NCBI GenBank assembly: GCA_963802515.1
Contig: CAWDIX010000002.1
Span: 1,232,418 to 1,296,417 of the forward strand
DNA length: 64,000 bases
Reading direction: 5' to 3'
DNA from: an uncultured Verrucomicrobiae bacterium
GTDB lineage: Bacteria; Verrucomicrobiota; Verrucomicrobiia; Limisphaerales; UBA11358
The notes under the pieces are model-generated. The model had not been told where the DNA came from. It searched no databases and saw only the letters and a list, made by a program, of their open reading frames with translations. The position numbers and the translations under genes are program-made. Positions 57,771 to 64,000 of this stretch are shown one piece after another. Position 1 is the first letter of the stretch; every line of letters begins with the position of its first letter.

Positions 57771-58082
57771 TCAGCTGCCGGCATCCTCCTGCGTGATGCG
57801 CTTCAAATAATCAAAGGAATAAATTCCCGTCGCGTGGCCATCCGCCCAGACCGGCTGGAACGCGTAACCGCCCACGCCGGCGATGCGAACCAATGCAAAC
57901 GCCCCGGCCGGCAGCGGTTGCTCCGGGTTTTTATAAACGTTCCCCAAAACGTCCGTCTCGCCCTGGCAACCCGCGCAGGGACAGCAGCGCCGCAGTTTCT
58001 CCAGCGGAATGAAGCTTTCGCCGCCGTCGTCCCACTTGATGGCCAGTTCCCCGCCGATAATTTGAAGGTCCACCGGTCGCAT
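57771..58082 (-). CDS. DUF971 (GBBH-like N-terminal) protein
   Basis: LRRCCPCAGC, VGGYA and WADGHATGIYSFDYL. Confidence 0.88.
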   Translation of the reverse strand: MRPVDLQIIGGELAIKWDDGGESFIPLEKLRRCCPCAGCQGETDVLGNVYKNPEQPLPAGAFALVRIAGVGGYAFQPVWADGHATGIYSFDYLKRITQEDAGS

Positions 58083-58521
58083 CAGCTTTTTTCAGCAACC
58101 GTTCAAATGCGGCCAGGGTCTCCGGGCTGACGTGGTGTTCAATGCCTTCGGCGTCCATCTCGGCCGTTTTTTCGGAAATGCCGAGGGAACGCAGAAAGGC
58201 CACCACCGTTTCATGCCGCTGCTTGCACTCTTTAGCGAGCGTGCGTCCGGCCTCGGTCAAAAAAATTGCGCGGTAGGGCCTGGTGTTCACGAACCCGTTT
58301 TTTTTCAGCCGCGCCAGCGTGCGGTTGACCGTCACGTGGGTCACACCCAACCGCCGCGCCAAATCCACCACGCGGGCTTCGCCCTGGGATGCGGTCAGGT
58401 CAGCGATGGCTTCGACGTAATCCTGGGCGGTTTCCGCCGCGCGGTCGCGGCGCGATCGGCGGAAGTTCTCCGCCGGCAGCCCCGGAACGGACGCGGGCGT
58501 CTTTGGACTGGAACGCGGCAT
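58082..58521 (-). CDS. mntR: Manganese-responsive regulator MntR (DtxR family); probable homopolymer indel at the 3' end
   Basis: QDYVEAI, RHETV and DAEGIEHHVS. One extra A in the run at 58087-58092 would give a TGATG overlap with the DUF971 gene. Confidence 0.88.
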
Positions 58522-58569
58522 AACTTTTCTATTAAAACAACCCGGGATGTTTTAGTCGAGGTTTTAATT

Positions 58570-58628
58570 TGTAACCAAAGCTACATTTTTGTTGACGCCC
58601 GGCGGTTTAGATTGTAACCAATGCTACG
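58570..58628. promoter_or_regulatory. Two candidate MntR operators
   Basis: TGTAACCAAAGCTACA (58570) and TGTAACCAATGCTACG (58613) between divergent mntR and mntH. Confidence 0.7.
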
Positions 58629-58633
58629 TATTA

Positions 58634-60036
58634 ATGGATGAACCCAAGCAATCCTCCGGTTCCGCTCTTGAAAAGGGCTGGCGCAAGCCGGCGGGGCGGG
58701 TCTCGTTGCCGGAAGTCCACCGCAGCATTGTCGTCCCGGCAACGGCCCCGTTTTGGAGGAAACTGCTCGCGTTTTCCGGTCCCGGCTTCCTTATCGCCGT
58801 TGGTTACATGGATCCGGGCAACTGGGCGACGGACTTGTCCGGCGGCGCGCAATTCGGTTACACGCTGCTCTCCATCGTCATGGTTTCCAATCTCATGGCG
58901 ATTCTGCTCCAGCACCTGTCCATCAAACTCGGCGTCGCCACCGGACGCGATCTCGCCCAGGCCTGCCGTGATCATTACTCGACGCCGACGGTTTGGTTCC
59001 TCTGGATTCTTTGCGAAATCGCCATTGCCGCCTGTGATCTGGCCGAAGTCGTCGGCTCGGCCATCGCGTTGCAACTGCTTTTCGGCATTCCACTGGTCTG
59101 GGGTTGCGTTATCACGGCGGCGGATGTGATCGCGGTCCTTTTTTTGCAAACCAAGGGGTTTCGCTATATTGAAGCGCTGGTCATCACGCTCATTGCGACC
59201 ATCGCCGGGTGTTTTGCGGCGGAACTGTTCTTTTCCAAACCGCACGTTGCGCCCTTGCTGCTGGGTTTCATCCCCAGTCCGGAGATCCTCAAAAATCAGA
59301 ACATGCTCTATGTCGCCATCGGCATCATTGGCGCGACCGTCATGCCGCACAATCTTTACCTGCACTCCTCCATCGTCCAGACACGCAAGTTTGAGCAGAA
59401 CCCCGCAGGCAAACGCGAGGCCATCAAGTTCGCCACGATAGACTCGACCGTGGCGCTCATGTTCGCCCTGCTCGTCAATGGGGCTATTCTAGCTCTCGCG
59501 GCGGCGGCGTTTCACTGGTCGGGGCATCAGGACGTGGCACAAATCCAGGACGCCTACAAACTGCTGAGTCCGCTGCTTGGCGTGGGCGGGGCCGGCATTT
59601 TATTTGCCGTCGCGCTGCTGGCTTCGGGACAGAATTCCACGCTGACCGGTACGCTGGCCGGCCAGGTCGTGATGGAAGGTTTCGTGAACATCCGGCTGCG
59701 CCCGTGGTTGCGGCGGCTGATCACCCGGCTCATAGCCATTGTTCCGGCGGTTTGTGTCATCGGCATTTTCGGAGAAGGCAAGACGACGCAATTGCTCGTC
59801 GCCAGCCAGGTCGTGTTGTCCATGCAATTGGGTTTTGCCGTCTGGCCGTTGATGCGGTTTACCGGCGAAAAGGCCAAATGGGCGAATTCGCAAACCGGCT
59901 GTGGCTCAAAATTCTCGGCTGGACGACGACCGCCATCATCATCATCCTGAACGTGAAGTTGCTTTTTGACACCTTCATGCCGGCCGCCGTGCTCAAGGCG
60001 TTTTACGGGCATCTCGGTCTGCCCGTCCCACAATAA
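58634..60036 (+). CDS. mntH: Nramp-family Mn2+ transporter; frameshift near 59880
   Basis: [21 protein letters not shown] and SQVVLS; the C-terminus [11 protein letters not shown] lies in ORF 59704-60036. Confidence 0.92.
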
Positions 60037-60042
60037 CGAGCC

Positions 60043-60471
60043 ATGTACCAACACATTCTCATCCCGCTTGAAAACAGCGCGACGGACCGGGTTATTCTCG
60101 ACCACATCAAACCGCTGGTGAAATTGACCGGGGCGAAATTGCTGCTGCTGCACGTCGCCGACGGCTGGGTCGCCCGCAATTTCAACCAGCTTAAGCTGGC
60201 CGAATCCGAGGAAATGAAAAACGACCGCGAGTATCTGGAAAAAGTGGCGGGCGAACTTCGCAGCGACGGATTTTCAATTGAAACCGTGCTGGCACTCGGT
60301 GACCCGCCAACCGAAATCCTCAAAGTGGCCGAAAGCGGGCATTGCGATTTGATTGCGATGGCCGGCCACGGCCACCGGTTGTTCGGCGATTTGTTCCATG
60401 GCAGCACCATCACCGAAGTCCGTCACCAGACCTCGATCCCCATCCTCGTTGTCCGCGTGAAGAAAAGGTGA
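60043..60471 (+). CDS. Universal stress protein
   Basis: MYQHILIPL, GDP, DLIAMAGHG and GS..PILVV. Confidence 0.9.
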   Translation: MYQHILIPLENSATDRVILDHIKPLVKLTGAKLLLLHVADGWVARNFNQLKLAESEEMKNDREYLEKVAGELRSDGFSIETVLALGDPPTEILKVAESGHCDLIAMAGHGHRLFGDLFHGSTITEVRHQTSIPILVVRVKKR

Positions 60472-60472
60472 G

Positions 60473-60871
60473 TCACTTCCCGATCACGGAATCCTTCGGA
60501 CGTTCGACCAGATGAAGCAAATTGCCTTCGCCGTCCTCAAAGAACAAAATTTTTCCGCCACCCGCCGCCGGGCGGATTTCTCCGGTGAATTTCACGCCGC
60601 GCTTTTCGAGCTCAGCCTTCGCTGCGTCCAGCGACGGCACGCGTAGCGCGAGGTGGCGGAATCCGGCGAGTTTGTTGTTACCGCGCTCCGGCGATGGTTT
60701 CTCCGCCGTGTAAATTTCAAGCCAGCCGCCGCCGGGCAGGGCGATGAGCAGCGTCGGCGGAGACTGGCCATTGTCATAGACCACCCGGGCGCCAAACACG
60801 CGAAGGTACCAGTCTTTCAACGCGACGGCATCGGCGGCGGGAATGGCAATGTGTTCGATGCATATGTTCAT
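60473..60871 (-). CDS. VOC/glyoxalase family protein
   Basis: IEHIAI, GFRHLAL and FFEDGEGNLLHL. Confidence 0.88.
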   Translation of the reverse strand: MNICIEHIAIPAADAVALKDWYLRVFGARVVYDNGQSPPTLLIALPGGGWLEIYTAEKPSPERGNNKLAGFRHLALRVPSLDAAKAELEKRGVKFTGEIRPAAGGGKILFFEDGEGNLLHLVERPKDSVIGK

Positions 60872-61047
60872 TTGAGCTCACACTACGCGGATGGCGCGGA
60901 TTTTCAAAATGAAAATCCACCTCGCAATCGCAATCGAATAATCGAGAACAGCAAGAAGACGACGACCGGAACAATGTATTGGCCTGGCCGCGGTCCAATT
61001 TCCAGTTCACTCGCTGCCTCAATCGTGTATCATCCGCCCACAACTTT

Positions 61048-61692
61048 ATGAACACCGAACCTTTCCTCCAACAACGCCTGATTTGCGTCGCGGTTATTGA
61101 CCAGGCGGATGACGCCGTGCCGCTGGCCGAGGCATTGCTCGCGGGCGGGTTGAAAGTCATGGAAGTCACCTTCCGCACGGCGGGCGCGGCGGACTCGATT
61201 GCGCGGATCCGCGGAAGCGTTTCGCAAATCGCCATCGGCGCAGGAACGCTGCTCTCCGCCGAACAAGTGAAGCAAGCCGCGGACGCCGGCGCGCAATTTG
61301 GGGTGTCGCCCGGCTTGAATGAAGCGGTCCTGGCTGAAGCAGATAAACGTCAAATGCCCTTTTTCCCCGGTGTTATGACACCGACTGAAGTGGACCATGC
61401 CTTGAATCTCGGCTGCAAGCGGTTGAAATTCTTCCCGGCGGAAACCGCCGGTGGCGTAAAAATGCTCAAAGCCCTGGCCGGTACATTCGCGCATACCGGA
61501 GTGAAATTCATTCCCACTGGCGGCATCAACGCGGCGTCGTTGGCGGATTATCTCGCGGTGCCGCAAGTCGCCGCCGTGGGCGGTTCGTGGATGGCCGAAC
61601 GCAAACTTGTCGCCGCAGGGGCGTGGTTGAAAGTTACCGCGCTTGCCGCCGAGGCCTTGAAGGTCGCTTCGGCGGCGCAAGGAATACATTGA
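61048..61692 (+). CDS. eda: KDPG/KHG aldolase
   Basis: EVTFRT, GAGT, VSPG, KFFPA, PTGGI and GGSW. Confidence 0.93.
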   Translation: MNTEPFLQQRLICVAVIDQADDAVPLAEALLAGGLKVMEVTFRTAGAADSIARIRGSVSQIAIGAGTLLSAEQVKQAADAGAQFGVSPGLNEAVLAEADKRQMPFFPGVMTPTEVDHALNLGCKRLKFFPAETAGGVKMLKALAGTFAHTGVKFIPTGGINAASLADYLAVPQVAAVGGSWMAERKLVAAGAWLKVTALAAEALKVASAAQGIH

Positions 61693-61729
61693 GCTGCGGG
61701 CAACGACCTCCGACAGCGGTCGGCGGATT

Positions 61730-63439
61730 TCAATAGGTGCCCAGCGAGACGCGCAGAACTTGCGGCGCGGAGGTGAAGTCGAGACCCCAGTCGGTCTCAT
61801 CGCCGTTCCAGATGCGGATGGGGTGCCAGGTTCCTCTTTCGTAACCACCTTCTTCAACGCGGAGGAAATCACGCTGGCCTCCGGCAACCGACTTGAAATC
61901 CACGCGGCAGAAGGCGCCCGTCACCAGAAATTCGTTCTCGCCGGTTTTCGCGACCAGCGCGCGACCAATCGGCCCGGAATTCCCGCGCGCAACGCCGCCA
62001 TAACCGCGGGGAGACACCCCGTAGCTGACGATGGCCTGCCAGTTGCCGAAATCCAGTGTTTGTGTGACTTCACCTTGTTCCTCGGCAACCGCCTGGAGTC
62101 TGCCCTCGAAATTGAGCCGGGCGACTTCGCGCGCGATCGGCCCCAGAATCTTGTAGTTCAACGCAATCGGGGCGAGCGACTCCTCGGTCAACCGTGACGC
62201 TCCCATCGGCTGATTGGCATAGGAGGTGTAGTCGAGGCCGAAGGGCGACCAGCCGATAGCTCCATGTCCCAGGGCCGCAAAACACATCCGGGCCTGCTCC
62301 GGACTGCCGCGCGTCTCGGGCACGAACAGCGCGTTGTCCGGCCGGTGGTAAAGTTCCAGCACCTTGAGGTAGCGGGCGCTGTCGCCCTGATAAATGTCCG
62401 GCGCGAGCAGATCGATGGCCGGAGCGGCAGCCTTCCAGATCCAGAGCACATTATCGGTCGCTCCGCCGCTTTCGTACGTGTTCGCGGGACCCGGCATGAG
62501 GGGATCGCGCAGCGCAACGTTGACGTACATCGGCAGCGGATACTCCTGCTTGCCGGCCGCGGCGACCTGTCCGATGAAATGCGCGACCGACCAGGCGTGA
62601 AAATATTCATCGGCGTTGGTGCCAAAGACTTCGGACCAATTGCCGCCCCTGGCGGGCGCGCCAGCACCCGGCGCGGTCAACAGTTCCGGCGGCACGGACT
62701 CATGGAAGAGCCTTTGCGCCTCGGGCGAATAATCGCGAACGCTGCCCCAGGAACCCGGCTCGTTTTCGACCTGTACCATGATGACCGTGTGTTGGGTGTC
62801 CGCCTTCTTCAGATGGCGCATGAGCGCGCGGAAGGCGTGGATGTCCGCCGCAAGCATGGCGGGCGCGTGCGGCGACGGCGAATCCACGCGGCGGCCGTCC
62901 TGGCCGATGATGCGCGGGTATTTGTCCGGCTGGCTTTTCATCCACAGCGGGACGTAATGTGAACTGCCGTTTTTCCAGGTGCCGAACCAGAGCAACACCA
63001 GCCGTACGTGATGTTCACGCGCTTGCCGGATGATCGTGTCAACGACCGACGTGTCGAATTTGCCCGGTTCCGGCTCGAATTGTTCCCAGTAAATCGGGAT
63101 TTCGAGCGTGTTGGCGTGAAGCTGTTCGATGGCCGGCCAGACTTTGGGCAGCATCGCGGGCCAGCCGCTGGAGTTGTGGCACTGGGCGCCGAGCATAAGG
63201 AACGGCGCGCCGTCCACGACCAATGCGTGGTGACCGTTCCGGGTCAACAGATGCGGCAGTGGATTGTCATCGGCCTGGGCCCGCGCGTGGCCGGCGCACA
63301 GAACCGACGAGAGCATGGCCAGCGCAGCCATAAGGAGTGAACTGAATGAAAGGCAAAGTTTTTCGGGGGTTTTGATTTCCGGAATCATGCGAGGCATCGT
63401 AAAGGACGACGCAACCGCGTCAAGTACGGGGAGAACCAT
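61730..63439 (-). CDS. GH35-like beta-galactosidase with DUF5597 domain, probably secreted (start uncertain)
   Basis: NSSGW, WEQFEP, WFGTWKNG, VQVENE, APDIY and WNGDE. Confidence 0.85.
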   Translation of the reverse strand: MVLPVLDAVASSFTMPRMIPEIKTPEKLCLSFSSLLMAALAMLSSVLCAGHARAQADDNPLPHLLTRNGHHALVVDGAPFLMLGAQCHNSSGWPAMLPKVWPAIEQLHANTLEIPIYWEQFEPEPGKFDTSVVDTIIRQAREHHVRLVLLWFGTWKNGSSHYVPLWMKSQPDKYPRIIGQDGRRVDSPSPHAPAMLAADIHAFRALMRHLKKADTQHTVIMVQVENEPGSWGSVRDYSPEAQRLFHESVPPELLTAPGAGAPARGGNWSEVFGTNADEYFHAWSVAHFIGQVAAAGKQEYPLPMYVNVALRDPLMPGPANTYESGGATDNVLWIWKAAAPAIDLLAPDIYQGDSARYLKVLELYHRPDNALFVPETRGSPEQARMCFAALGHGAIGWSPFGLDYTSYANQPMGASRLTEESLAPIALNYKILGPIAREVARLNFEGRLQAVAEEQGEVTQTLDFGNWQAIVSYGVSPRGYGGVARGNSGPIGRALVAKTGENEFLVTGAFCRVDFKSVAGGQRDFLRVEEGGYERGTWHPIRIWNGDETDWGLDFTSAPQVLRVSLGTY

Positions 63440-63509
63440 TTGCCACGGATGAGCGAGAACTCAGCGCAGAAATAGCTCGTATTTGAGAGAACTGGTGGCA
63501 GAATGGCGC

Positions 63510-63701
63510 ATGGCCAAGCCTAAAAAACTTTCCCGCGCCGATGTTCACAAACAAATTGACGCCTTTCGGGGCATCTTCAAACGCGCCCCCGACGGCAAAC
63601 TGTCGGCGGAACAATGGGTGGAATCCAAACGCGTGGAGACGGAATCAGAAAAGCGAAAACCTTTGCGTCTTGTGGCTTTGGGCAGGCAGCCCGCTGTTTA
63701 G
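63510..63701 (+). CDS. Small hypothetical protein (orphan antitoxin-like)
   Basis: Short charged ORF, IDAFRGIFK...EQWVESKRVE. Confidence 0.4.
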   Translation: MAKPKKLSRADVHKQIDAFRGIFKRAPDGKLSAEQWVESKRVETESEKRKPLRLVALGRQPAV

Positions 63702-64000
63702 AGAAAAGGCAAAGGCTTGCCTCGGCTTTCCCTGGTAAAGTGCGGATTCACTTGCCAGGTTCAACCGCGGAGCACACACCGGACGCGCTTATTCTCTCCT
63801 GGATTCAGGTTCCTGAACTCGAACTCCGATGGCCGGGACGCCAGCCGCCTCGCCGGCCGTCACCAGTTCTGTGGATGGCAGGCAGTCAGGACATGGTGTA
63901 ACTTGTTCCATAAATTTCATGATGTTTTGCCGGTTGCCATTCCTGCCGCGATTTCACCTTGATCCTGACGGCAACGGGTGCTGCGTGGGCAGAAACGGGA

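Noticed and set aside
57931-58081. C-terminal extension of MntR overlapping the DUF971 gene
   Set aside because: It is explained by a single homopolymer indel that removes a TGATG stop/start overlap.
63789-64000. Short minus-strand ORFs at the window end
   Set aside because: They are too short or truncated to tell a gene end from chance ORFs.
1-64000. CRISPR array, tRNA/rRNA, prophage or IS transposase
   Set aside because: No regularly spaced direct repeats, cloverleaf motifs, or phage or transposase ORFs were recognised.

Overview
This is a GC-rich bacterial chromosomal window. Gene content and repeat families look like Verrucomicrobiota (Pedosphaera/Limisphaerales-like); that placement is an inference. 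The backbone is housekeeping genes: der, class II RNR, pabB/pabC, rpmI-rplT-pheS-pheT, an Aas-like fusion, a pilMNOPQ-like secretin operon, mntR/mntH and eda. Several conserved genes carry frameshifts that look like long-read consensus errors. Five features stand out. (1) About 3.5 kb of cargo, including a PaeR7I-family R-M pair, lies between pheS and pheT, with a second copy of the pheS 3' end whose substitutions are all synonymous and which abuts a palindromic miniature element. (2) Palindromic elements and 7-bp tandem repeats are inserted in frame inside PheS, PheT, PabB, Der and other proteins. (3) A 41-bp LysR-linked operator/promoter occurs three times in a 15-kb accessory membrane/lipoprotein region that also has a B12 radical SAM enzyme, a PAP2-like protein, an EEP hydrolase and an ECF sigma/kinase pair. 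(4) A TMEM260/DUF2723-like GT-C-TPR gene is coupled to GT4 and WecA-like genes near a Dpm1-like synthase. (5) Candidate sigma-54, NrdR and MntR sites are readable from the sequence. No rRNA, tRNA, CRISPR array, integrase or transposase was seen.
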